Source: Minisyncoccota bacterium (GTDB lineage: Bacteria; Patescibacteriota; Minisyncoccia; Phycocordibacterales; DATEUR01). From it: a stretch of DNA of 39,931 nucleotides. The stretch lies in NCBI GenBank assembly GCA_035583565.1, contig DATEUR010000036.1, positions 1-39,931 of the forward strand, in the 5' to 3' direction. Positions 31,162 through 39,809 of this stretch are shown one piece after another. Position 1 is the stretch's first letter, and each line of letters begins with the position of its first letter. The translations under genes were made by a program, and so were the position numbers. A model generated the notes under the pieces. It ran no database searches. It saw only the letters and a program-made list of their open reading frames with translations, and was not told the DNA's origin.

Positions 31162-31167
31162 TATAAT
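31162..31167 (+). promoter_or_regulatory. -10 box 7 nt upstream of the first ATG of the envelope operon (leaderless geometry)
   Basis: TATAAT then taacagt ATG (31175). Confidence 0.4.
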
Positions 31168-31174
31168 TAACAGT

Positions 31175-31582
31175 ATGAAGCGAATGCTAACTTTGTTATT
31201 TGCGTTGGTTTTCTTTGTTGGGGTTTTAAGCGTTGCCGAAGCCGCCAGTTTTTCGTTATCTTTCGGCGGTAGATTAAGCAACGGCAGCGAAACCGAGGCC
31301 AAAAAGGTGTGGGCAAAATTGATCGCCGGCTTTACCTGTAACATCGACGGCCAGACTTTTGATATTATCAAAAAATCACCGCCAATCGCGCCATCCGGCC
31401 CTTATCTTGTTTCTTTCGATCAACTGGCAAAAGCTGGCAATACTTTAAGAGTTGGCCAACAAGTGCTGGGCCGCTATAACATTATTCGTTCGCCGGTTGC
31501 GACTTGTACAAATGAAGAAGGCGCCACGGTCATTGTCTACGGTTATAAAGTGACTTTGCAATTTGGGGTTTCTAAAATTTAA
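31175..31582 (+). CDS. small secreted protein (hypothetical), operon gene 1
   Basis: 135 aa with signal peptide MKRMLTLLFALVFFVGVLSVAEA and two Cys residues in the mature part. Confidence 0.7.
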   Translation: MKRMLTLLFALVFFVGVLSVAEAASFSLSFGGRLSNGSETEAKKVWAKLIAGFTCNIDGQTFDIIKKSPPIAPSGPYLVSFDQLAKAGNTLRVGQQVLGRYNIIRSPVATCTNEEGATVIVYGYKVTLQFGVSKI

Positions 31583-31585
31583 ACT

Positions 31586-32440
31586 ATGAACAACTATCTT
31601 CCCAGTAAAAGATTTCTCATTTTTATCGCCATTATTGCCGGCGGCGCTTTAATTTTTCTTGTTGGCAGTTATCTCGTCAACAAAAAACAGGAATTTGCCC
31701 AAAAAAGTTCGCCGATCACTGCCGATAAATCTCTTCTCGAAAATCTTTTTGACAAAGACTCGGACGGCGATGGCCTCAAAGACTGGGAGGAGGTGCTTTG
31801 GGGCACCGATCAGGAAAAAGCTGCCACTTTTGATGAAATCCTAGATCTAGCTTGGGTAGAAAGCCGGCAAAAAGAAATTGCGGGTAGCAACGGAATTACC
31901 GCAAGCGATGAAAATGGCGAAGAAAATCAAACCGATAAATTTAGCCGGGAACTTTACGCCACTTTAGCCGCGTTGGAAGCCGAAAATGTTGATCAAACAA
32001 CAATTTATGATATTTCCGCCAATTTGGGAACGGCCATGTTTGATAGCGAACTGCCTGATTATTTCAAACAAGTCAAAATCGGATCGATTTCGGAAGAAAC
32101 GTATCTGGAAAATTTGGTAAATTCGATTGAAAAAGCCGGCGACATTGGCAATGAACTGGCGGTTATCGGCGCGGTTACGGCCGGCGAAGAAAGCCCGGAA
32201 AAAATTGTCGGCTTTGCGGGTAGCTATAAAGATTTGGCTAATGAATTAAGCAATTTAATCGTGCCTGAAGGTTTGTCGGCTTTTCATCTTAGTTTGATCA
32301 ATGACCTCTATAAAGTCGGCCTCTCTCTTGATTCCTTGGCCAAAACAACGTCTGATCCGATAGTCGGCCTCATCGGTCTTGCCCAGTACCAAAAATACAC
32401 GGAAAGAATTGAGGAAAATATGGATAATATCGTTATTTAA
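31586..32440 (+). CDS. N-terminally anchored protein with a Ca-binding-like DxDxDG motif (hypothetical), operon gene 2
   Basis: 284 aa with TM helix FLIFIAIIAGGALIFLVGSYLV, then DKDSDGDGLKDWEEVLWGTD. The 3-nt gap to gene 1 supports co-translation. Confidence 0.7.
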   Translation: MNNYLPSKRFLIFIAIIAGGALIFLVGSYLVNKKQEFAQKSSPITADKSLLENLFDKDSDGDGLKDWEEVLWGTDQEKAATFDEILDLAWVESRQKEIAGSNGITASDENGEENQTDKFSRELYATLAALEAENVDQTTIYDISANLGTAMFDSELPDYFKQVKIGSISEETYLENLVNSIEKAGDIGNELAVIGAVTAGEESPEKIVGFAGSYKDLANELSNLIVPEGLSAFHLSLINDLYKVGLSLDSLAKTTSDPIVGLIGLAQYQKYTERIEENMDNIVI

Positions 32441-35058
32441 TGAATAATTTGGTCAAAAAATTTATCGCGGTTTTGATTGTTGTTGGTCTTAATTTGCCGA
32501 CGGCCAGTATTGCCTTGGCGCAAAGCAATTTCACGCCTTCTTCTGTAAATCCTTCCGGTTTTAAGCCTACCGCCGCTAATCTTAAAGCTGACCTGGCTGG
32601 CACAGAAGATCTCTGTAAACTTGATTTCTTGAATAAAGGGGTGACCAAATTAAAAGGCTTGCTTAAGAAAAAAGATGAAGTAGCAGAGATATCACCTGAG
32701 ATAAATGAAATTGGAGAGGTAGCAACCGAGGCAAGTGAGCTGGAAACTCATGTCTGGGTTACTAATGACGACTTTGCCTTTCTTCCAAAAATCGACGCCA
32801 GTACAAAGCAATCGGCAAAAGACACGGCTCGTCTTCGAAGTAAAGCTTTTTGCCTTGATGGTCTGGCGACAATATTAATTCGGACAATGCTTCAACACGT
32901 CACTAATTCAATCGTTGATTGGATTAACAACGGCTTCGAAGGCGACAACGGCGAGCGGGCGCCACTTTTCGTTTCTGATACCCGATCTTTTTTCAATACC
33001 ATTGCTCAAGCGGAAATCAACGCCTTTGGTCTTGAACTCAATAATTCCAAAAATCCTTACGCCCGGGGATTTATGACAAGTCTTGCCCAAGCTCTCCAGA
33101 ACAGATTTGAAGACAATGCCCGCTATTCTTTCAATGAATTAATGAGCGGCGGCATAAGTGGCGCCGGACTTGGTATTACCATTGCTGATTTCCAGCGGGA
33201 TTTCACCTTGGGCGGCTGGGAAGCGTGGCTTGCGCTGACTCAAGTGCCTTACAACAATCCAATCGGGGCCGAAATCGAATTTTCCCGAGAACTTGGCACA
33301 CGACTGCGCGGACTTTATCAAAATAATCTTGAACAAGCCCGGGCTGAACTTACGGTCACTGGGGGCTTTCTTGGCGACGAACGGTGCATTGATAAGGGCA
33401 AAAAGAAAGTTACCCGGCGTCAAGATATGCAAGCCCGAGCTCGAGATCCAGAAGAATATGCAAAGAAGCCACTTTGCCCGAGTGGTCAGTTCCAGTATGT
33501 TACGCCGGGCCAATTTATCGCAAGCCAAGCTAATCTGGCCAACTCTTCGGTTCTTCGACAATTTGAAATGGCTGATAGTTTGACGGATGCTCTTGCCGCC
33601 ATTTCCGACGCTTTAATTAATCAACTTACTAAAACAATGACCGAGGGCTTCTTTGAACCAATTGAAATTAATACTTCTGGTTTCCAACTAGGAATCAGTC
33701 AACCAGAAGGCAATCAATACATTCCGCCGCTTTACCAAAACAGCGATTGGTTCTTGGCCCATCCGGATTTCGATATTACCAAAGGCATCAGTCAGGCGAT
33801 TATCGACGAGCAGAGAACGATGAAGAGCAAATTGGAGGAACAAAATAAGGAATTGCTGGATTTAATTAAGTGGATCAGACAACTTGATTATTGCGTGCCG
33901 GGACCGAGTTCGGATTGGGAAACAAGAGCTAATGAATTACTTAGCCAAGAGATTGAGCTTATACCTCCTTTTGATACCTGGCTTGGTAAAAAAGAGAAAA
34001 CGCTTGATCAGATTGTCGGTTCAATGGCTCTTGCTGGCGCTGGCATTGGCGCGCTAGTTGGATCACTCACCGTGGTTCTCATACCGGTCGGCGCGGCGGT
34101 TGGCGCAATAATTGGAGCAGTAGCAGGTTTCTTAGTCAATATCTTCGGCAACCAAATAAATGATAAAGACATGGCGAATATCGTTGCTGTCTTTTTAGGC
34201 GCTTTATACGACATTCACTTCATGCCTTCGGTAGAACTGATTAGTGGCGGTGCTGTTGTTAGTGTATTGTCAGATACTTTGGAGAGCTATCGAGAAATTA
34301 TCGAAAAGACTTATTTTGACCCCGCTGATCCGCTAAATATCATGCCGACAGTAACCCCAGAAGCGAGAACAGCATTGGCAGAAATTATCGGCTACGATCA
34401 GATGATGAATAAGAATCTTGAAAGAATATCAATAACAACAAATGTCATTAATAATCTGACGGATCTCAAGGAAAAATTGGATCTTTTAGTGCCAAAATAC
34501 AATCCAGCCGATCCAGCCGTTGTTCAGCAATTCAAAGATTTCGGCGCCTTGTTTGCTCGCTTAACTAACAACATGGCTTCTGGTGATGATATTGCTGAAG
34601 TTGACGATCTTCTTAAACAGATTAAAGATAAACGCGATTATGTTAAAGATACCTTGGTTGGCAGTTGCGAATCTGAAATAGCGAAACTTAGCGCTGATAA
34701 TCCTGCTGTTTATAAGACTTACGTCGGGCGGCGACCCTATCCGATTGGCCAGATTGACCATCCTTATGCCGACCCACCCGGCCGAGACCTTGGATTTCTG
34801 TACTACAACACTTTCCATTCATCATGGGGTCCTTCTTCAGGGGTTACTACTGGAAAATGTACGCCACCACTTTCTGGTTTACCAGCGGTTCACACCACCT
34901 TCGATAATACACTGCGTTTAGATATTGATCATTCGGGGACTGATTGCAGTGCCTCTTTGTGGAAGAAAGATTTTTGTCCTTTGCCGTCAGGAGCGCCTGG
35001 GCCAAATAATTGTGGCTCGGTGTCTCGTCGCTTTGAAGGATTAATGGGTATGTATTAA
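32440..35058 (+). CDS. large secreted/membrane protein (hypothetical), operon gene 3
   Basis: 872 aa with signal peptide ...PTASIALAQS, a large ectodomain, a Gly/Ala-zipper hydrophobic hairpin (SMALAGAGIGALVGSLTVVLIPVGAAVGAIIGAVAGFLVNIFG) and a Cys-containing C-terminus. Its start overlaps the previous stop (TAATG). Confidence 0.8.
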   Translation: MNNLVKKFIAVLIVVGLNLPTASIALAQSNFTPSSVNPSGFKPTAANLKADLAGTEDLCKLDFLNKGVTKLKGLLKKKDEVAEISPEINEIGEVATEASELETHVWVTNDDFAFLPKIDASTKQSAKDTARLRSKAFCLDGLATILIRTMLQHVTNSIVDWINNGFEGDNGERAPLFVSDTRSFFNTIAQAEINAFGLELNNSKNPYARGFMTSLAQALQNRFEDNARYSFNELMSGGISGAGLGITIADFQRDFTLGGWEAWLALTQVPYNNPIGAEIEFSRELGTRLRGLYQNNLEQARAELTVTGGFLGDERCIDKGKKKVTRRQDMQARARDPEEYAKKPLCPSGQFQYVTPGQFIASQANLANSSVLRQFEMADSLTDALAAISDALINQLTKTMTEGFFEPIEINTSGFQLGISQPEGNQYIPPLYQNSDWFLAHPDFDITKGISQAIIDEQRTMKSKLEEQNKELLDLIKWIRQLDYCVPGPSSDWETRANELLSQEIELIPPFDTWLGKKEKTLDQIVGSMALAGAGIGALVGSLTVVLIPVGAAVGAIIGAVAGFLVNIFGNQINDKDMANIVAVFLGALYDIHFMPSVELISGGAVVSVLSDTLESYREIIEKTYFDPADPLNIMPTVTPEARTALAEIIGYDQMMNKNLERISITTNVINNLTDLKEKLDLLVPKYNPADPAVVQQFKDFGALFARLTNNMASGDDIAEVDDLLKQIKDKRDYVKDTLVGSCESEIAKLSADNPAVYKTYVGRRPYPIGQIDHPYADPPGRDLGFLYYNTFHSSWGPSSGVTTGKCTPPLSGLPAVHTTFDNTLRLDIDHSGTDCSASLWKKDFCPLPSGAPGPNNCGSVSRRFEGLMGMY

Positions 35059-35065
35059 AACAAAA

Positions 35066-36232
35066 ATGATCAAAAAAGTTCAAAATTTAATAGTCTTGAT
35101 TTTGGTCTTTACCGCTTTGCCGACTTTCGTTTCAGCCCAACTTGAGGTTGCTTGTCCGCCAAGTCCAGCCACTGATTGCCCGACGACACTCGAGGCCACC
35201 GACCGCACATCAACAAAGGTGCGGCTTGGCGGGCAATTTACGATTGCCGGAAGCAAACCGACTTCAGGCTACTTCCGCTACACCGATTCTTTCCCGCCGC
35301 CGGTTTTCTGCAAAGAAATTTACGGCAGTGATATGTTTGCCACGAGCGAAATCGGTCTCGGCAGTATCAATGGCGGAAAGCAATGGAACCAAGTCGTCAG
35401 CGGACTCGAGCCAGAAATACTCTATTCTTTCTGCGCGATTGCCTCGGACAGTGGAGCGATTCACTACGGCGACGTCAAAACTTTCACTACCCTGCCGGCC
35501 GGCTGCGATGATCCAACCAATTGCCCTTTTGTGAAAGTCACCACTAAAAATGCCTTTGCGATTACCAACACGACAGCCTATCTTTCCGGCAGTTTTGAGA
35601 ACACGGTTGCCGGCAAGGTTTGGTTTGAATACGACACCGCCGGCGCCTCCGGTAATCCGAAAGAAACAGCCAAAAAATCAATTGGGCTAACCCCCGGCAA
35701 CGGCGATTATAAGCCACAGATTACCAACCTTGCCACCGGCACCACTTATTACTTCCAAATGGTCGGCGAAGAGGATGCCACCGGCAATATCACTACTGGC
35801 AATGTTCTAAATTTCACGACCACCGGCAGAAGTGTCGGCCCAGGTCCAGGACCCGGGCCAGGGCCCGGACCGGGACCGGCTATTCCTAACGCTTACGTCC
35901 GCCTAAACGAGGGGGTGGAACACGTGCTTATCCGTCAGTTAAGCGTGGACGAACCGATTCTAAAGGAGTTCGGCTATACTACTAATCAGGACAGAGGGAA
36001 TTTTGTAAATAACTTGGCTCATAATTTTGCCACCCTCTTTGGCTACTTTAATCCGACCACAAAAGAAGAGGTGCGGGTGCGTTTCCCGGATGTCGCCGCC
36101 TACGTCATCCGTAAATTCAACAATCTTTTCTTTATTGATGAGTACCTGACAACGCAGTTCCTCGACACCCGCTCGGCCGGCCAAGGATTTAAATCACCGC
36201 TTCGCGCCTTCGAATATTTATTCAAAAAATGA
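35066..36232 (+). CDS. secreted two-domain beta-sandwich-like protein with a (Gly-Pro)7 linker (hypothetical), operon gene 4
   Basis: 388 aa with signal peptide ...TFVSAQ. Two Fn3-like modules end in ...FTT (the second contains WFEYDT). Then GPGPGPGPGPGPGP and a ~110-aa C-domain. Confidence 0.8.
   Translation: MIKKVQNLIVLILVFTALPTFVSAQLEVACPPSPATDCPTTLEATDRTSTKVRLGGQFTIAGSKPTSGYFRYTDSFPPPVFCKEIYGSDMFATSEIGLGSINGGKQWNQVVSGLEPEILYSFCAIASDSGAIHYGDVKTFTTLPAGCDDPTNCPFVKVTTKNAFAITNTTAYLSGSFENTVAGKVWFEYDTAGASGNPKETAKKSIGLTPGNGDYKPQITNLATGTTYYFQMVGEEDATGNITTGNVLNFTTTGRSVGPGPGPGPGPGPGPAIPNAYVRLNEGVEHVLIRQLSVDEPILKEFGYTTNQDRGNFVNNLAHNFATLFGYFNPTTKEEVRVRFPDVAAYVIRKFNNLFFIDEYLTTQFLDTRSAGQGFKSPLRAFEYLFKK
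35837..35878 (+). repeat. imperfect hexanucleotide (GGNCCN) tandem repeat encoding (Gly-Pro)7
   Basis: GGCCCAGGTCCAGGACCCGGGCCAGGGCCCGGACCGGGACCG. Confidence 0.9.
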
Positions 36233-38736
36233 AAAACAAAGGACTAAAAATTATCTTTGTGCTCGTGCTTCTCGCAATCGCTTTGTCGCCCTTGCCGAGT
36301 TTGGCGCAAAATCAAGCGCCAACTTACACAAAATCAGAGGCTGAAGTCCAGCAGGAAGCAATTAGTAGGTTTACTGACAACTTCGAATGCTGGGGCGGAA
36401 TAACCGGGGGATTCAATGTTGCTGCTTGCACGGCCTTATTCACTTATTATGTTCTTTTCGTACCGACAAGTTTCATTTTAGCAATAACAGGTAAATTATT
36501 TGATCTTCTTCTTTTCTTTACGATAGACAGCGCTAGTTATTCCGGGGTTTATTCCCAATTTATTACCGAGGGTTGGCGGATTTTACGCGATCTCGTTAAC
36601 ATTGCTTTTATTTTGATTCTTTTATCACTAGGCATAAAAATTATTCTTGATCTTAAAGCCGCGGAGGCCAAAAAAATGATTGGCGCGGTCGTCATTATCG
36701 CTCTTCTTATTAACTTCAGTTTGTTTTTCGTTCGGGTGATCGTTGACGCGGGTAATGTTTTAGCTCATGTCTTTTATAACGCGACAGTCGCCACTACTGA
36801 TCCGAATTACTTGGGTTCAAAATCAATTTCGACGACTTTAGTTAATGCCTATAACCCCTCCAGGATATTTCAGGCTTTTCACCGTCAAAATCAACTTAGC
36901 GTGACTTTAGACAGAGGAGACCCTAATGCCCCGATCGTTGACCTCGTAAAAAGAGAAGGGGCCAAAACAGGTGCTACCAACAGCAATCAGTACGCTGGTT
37001 TCTTCATTCTTTTTGCTCTCTTAGGCACGATTTTAAATGTCGTAACAATTTGGATTTTTCTCATGGTTTGCCTATTGTTTCTTGCGAGAACCGTCGGTCT
37101 TTGGCTTGTCATGATTTTCGCGCCCATTGCCTTTATTTCTTACATTGTCCCGAAAGTGGAAGGATTTAAAACCGGCTTTGGTCACCGAGACTGGTGGATG
37201 GATCTTTTGAAATACACTTTACTTGCCCCAATTTTTGTTTTCTTTCTTTATCTTGTTGCTATGTTTTTGAATCTAGGGGCAATAAAAGATATTTTAAGCG
37301 CGGAAACCTCTTCAACGCTGCAGAAGGTATTGGCCATTATGTTTCCCTTTTTCGTGGTCATCGCCATTCTGCTTCGTGCTAAAAAGACCGCCGTCGAACT
37401 CGCTGGTAAACTCGGCGAAACAATCATGGCCGCCGCGCAGAAAGTGGTCGGCGTCGCCGGCGGCGCGGTGCTCGGCGTCGCTGGTTTTGCCGGCCGGGCG
37501 GTAATTGGCCGCGGGGCTGAAGCCGCTTTAGGCGGCCGAGCGGCGGCGGGAGCTATGGTCGAAGAAGAAGCAATTCGTCGCCGACGTCTGGCAGAACTAG
37601 GCGTCACCGGCGCCGCCGCCGAAAGAATGGCGCCGACCGGATTAAAACCGGGCGAGACTTCGCCTTACGGAAAGAAAGAAGAGCAAGTGGTTACCCCACC
37701 GACGGAGGCAAAAGCGCCTGTCGAAGAAACGCCGGAAGAAAGAGCAGTCGGCCGGTACGAAAAAATTATTACGGCCAAAGAAGAACAAAAGAAGAAAAAC
37801 GAGGCGGCGGTCGCGGCTGGCACGATGGGTTACCAAGCCTCGCAGAGAGAAAACAAGGCAATTGATACTGATATAAAAGAGGCCCAAGCTAAAGTGACAG
37901 AACTAAAAGCTCTACCCAAAAAGAAAAAAGAAGAGGTGGAAGAAGAAAAAGCGCCGCCGAGAGGCAAAACCATTAAAGACCGGGCCGCGGAAGGTGGTGT
38001 CAGAGGTTGGCTCGCGCAAAAAGGCGTCAAAATGCTCGCCGGCGCTTACACCAGAAGCTGGGATCCACGCGCCACTTGGGGCAGTAAACAAATTGAAAAA
38101 TATTTTGGCCTTAATTTTGGCAAACCGAAAGGCAAAGGCGGCTTCAAGGCGGCGCAGGACGCGCGAATCAAATCGGAACTTGAATTCGCAAAACTTTTGG
38201 AACCAAGCCCGGTTGAGCTTTTTCACCTCCGCCGCATTGGCAACACCTTAAATGACATGAAGATCGGGATGAAGCGTTATAACGCCAAGGATTTGTTTGA
38301 ACATGATGATAAAGGCAAGATGAAAAAGGATGCTGAAGGAAACAAAATCACCAGAGCTGGCGCCGATATGAATTTAGTAAATTCTTACAATAATTTGGAA
38401 TCACAAATCGCCAAGTGGCAAAAGTCTTACGATACGGAAAAGAAAAATATGGACGATATTACCGCCACTCGCCTCAATAAATACGCCCGGGTCGCGGGAT
38501 CGGGGAAGGGTATGAATTTTGTCATCAATATGGCGACCATGGGCAAATTCGGCTCGGCGCAAGGCCAAGAAGCCGCCCACCGCATCAGAGAAGCGATTGG
38601 TAAAGGCGGGGTTAGAGTGGAAGACTCAGTTGATGCAATTATGCGGGAATTAAAAGAATTCAAAAAAGAAAAAGAGCAAAAAGCAAAGGAAAAACCGGCG
38701 CCTAAACCAAAAGAGGAAAAAAAGGAGGGGGTCTAA
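36229..38736 (+). CDS. polytopic VirB6/TrbL-like membrane protein with a long charged C-terminal tail, operon gene 5
   Basis: 835 aa with a signal/TM start and about 8 hydrophobic helices over the first ~430 aa (for example FFILFALLGTILNVVTIWIFLMVCLLFLARTVGLWLVMIFAPIAFISYIV). A ~400-aa Lys/Glu/Ala-rich tail follows. Its start overlaps the previous stop (ATGA). Confidence 0.75.
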   Translation: MKNKGLKIIFVLVLLAIALSPLPSLAQNQAPTYTKSEAEVQQEAISRFTDNFECWGGITGGFNVAACTALFTYYVLFVPTSFILAITGKLFDLLLFFTIDSASYSGVYSQFITEGWRILRDLVNIAFILILLSLGIKIILDLKAAEAKKMIGAVVIIALLINFSLFFVRVIVDAGNVLAHVFYNATVATTDPNYLGSKSISTTLVNAYNPSRIFQAFHRQNQLSVTLDRGDPNAPIVDLVKREGAKTGATNSNQYAGFFILFALLGTILNVVTIWIFLMVCLLFLARTVGLWLVMIFAPIAFISYIVPKVEGFKTGFGHRDWWMDLLKYTLLAPIFVFFLYLVAMFLNLGAIKDILSAETSSTLQKVLAIMFPFFVVIAILLRAKKTAVELAGKLGETIMAAAQKVVGVAGGAVLGVAGFAGRAVIGRGAEAALGGRAAAGAMVEEEAIRRRRLAELGVTGAAAERMAPTGLKPGETSPYGKKEEQVVTPPTEAKAPVEETPEERAVGRYEKIITAKEEQKKKNEAAVAAGTMGYQASQRENKAIDTDIKEAQAKVTELKALPKKKKEEVEEEKAPPRGKTIKDRAAEGGVRGWLAQKGVKMLAGAYTRSWDPRATWGSKQIEKYFGLNFGKPKGKGGFKAAQDARIKSELEFAKLLEPSPVELFHLRRIGNTLNDMKIGMKRYNAKDLFEHDDKGKMKKDAEGNKITRAGADMNLVNSYNNLESQIAKWQKSYDTEKKNMDDITATRLNKYARVAGSGKGMNFVINMATMGKFGSAQGQEAAHRIREAIGKGGVRVEDSVDAIMRELKEFKKEKEQKAKEKPAPKPKEEKKEGV

Positions 38737-38777
38737 ATAAACTAGGATTTAATCGCTAAATTGATTAAAATTAAACT

Positions 38778-39803
38778 ATGGCTGATGAGGAAATAAAAAC
38801 AAATCCTGCGAATAGCGTCCCGGCGGAAAAATCATCCGACGAACTTTTGCGCGAGCATATCAATACCCTGCCAAAAGCAGTGGTAGATTCGATTTTAGAT
38901 TTCAAGTGGGACGAAGCGGTGGCAAAAATTGGCAAAAAATACGGCCTCCACATCGATCAAATGGGTGTTTTACGCTTCGAGTCGCTCGCCGCCTCCTCCG
39001 GCCTCACCAGTCCGGCTGATTTTTTCCCAACAATAAAAAGCAAGTTGAATTTAAGCGACGAACAAGCGGTCAACTTGACGAATGACGCCAACGAAGAGAT
39101 TTTCTCCATTATCAGAAAAAATATTCGGGAAAAAATGGGGGAATCAAAAACCGAAGCGGGAGAATTAAAAGAGGCGGAAATATCCCCGGAAGAAAAAGAA
39201 TCAATCCAAGCGGTCGGCGAGCGGTTTAATGATTTGCCCGATGGGGTCCAAGAAGCGATCATCGCGCCGGATCTGCCCGAAAAAATTGATCTCTTGGCCC
39301 GCGAGTATGGCGTCGACCCGGCCAAACTTGACGGCCTCGTTTCTGTCGTTCTTCTTGGTATTGCCGATCCGGACAACTTTGATCTTGAATTAAAAAACGC
39401 TTTTGGTCTTACTGACGAGAAAGCGAAAGTGCTTGCCGCGGCAACAGAGGAAGCAATTTGGAAAAACATTAAAGGAAAAATAAAAGAGGTGATTGCCAAG
39501 GAAGAGATGGCGAAAAAAGTTGAAGGTGTTTTTGTAAAACTTGATCAAGAAAAATATGGCACAAAAACAATTAGCGCCCTCGAGGAAACAAAAGCCGCCG
39601 AAGTAGCGAGGAAAACTTTGCTTGAAGAAAAACTTAAGGGCCAGTTTAGCCTCCCGGCAAGCCAAAGCGTCGTCGCGCCGCCAATTGGCACTGCTCCCGC
39701 GGGACTGCCACCTATCGGCAAGCCGGCGGCGCCAAAAATCCCGGTGGCTCCGCCAACCGCCCCCGCCCCTCAAATTGATCCTTATCGGGAAAAGCCTATC
39801 TAA
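38778..39803 (+). CDS. acidic soluble protein with an internal domain duplication and a Pro-rich C-terminus (hypothetical), operon gene 6
   Basis: 341 aa with no TM helix. Two related ~90-aa modules (GKKYGLHIDQMGVL...LNLSDEQAVNL...EEIFSIIRKNI and AREYGVDPAKLDGLV...FGLTDEKAKVL...EAIWKNIKGKI). The tail reads ...PPTAPAPQIDPYREKPI. Confidence 0.7.
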   Translation: MADEEIKTNPANSVPAEKSSDELLREHINTLPKAVVDSILDFKWDEAVAKIGKKYGLHIDQMGVLRFESLAASSGLTSPADFFPTIKSKLNLSDEQAVNLTNDANEEIFSIIRKNIREKMGESKTEAGELKEAEISPEEKESIQAVGERFNDLPDGVQEAIIAPDLPEKIDLLAREYGVDPAKLDGLVSVVLLGIADPDNFDLELKNAFGLTDEKAKVLAAATEEAIWKNIKGKIKEVIAKEEMAKKVEGVFVKLDQEKYGTKTISALEETKAAEVARKTLLEEKLKGQFSLPASQSVVAPPIGTAPAGLPPIGKPAAPKIPVAPPTAPAPQIDPYREKPI

Positions 39804-39809
39804 AATATT

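Noticed and set aside
37400-37620. G+C-rich stretch inside the VirB6-like gene as a foreign insert
   Set aside because: It simply encodes an Ala/Gly/Arg-rich linker in frame. It has no inverted repeats or boundaries, unlike the rsmA insert.
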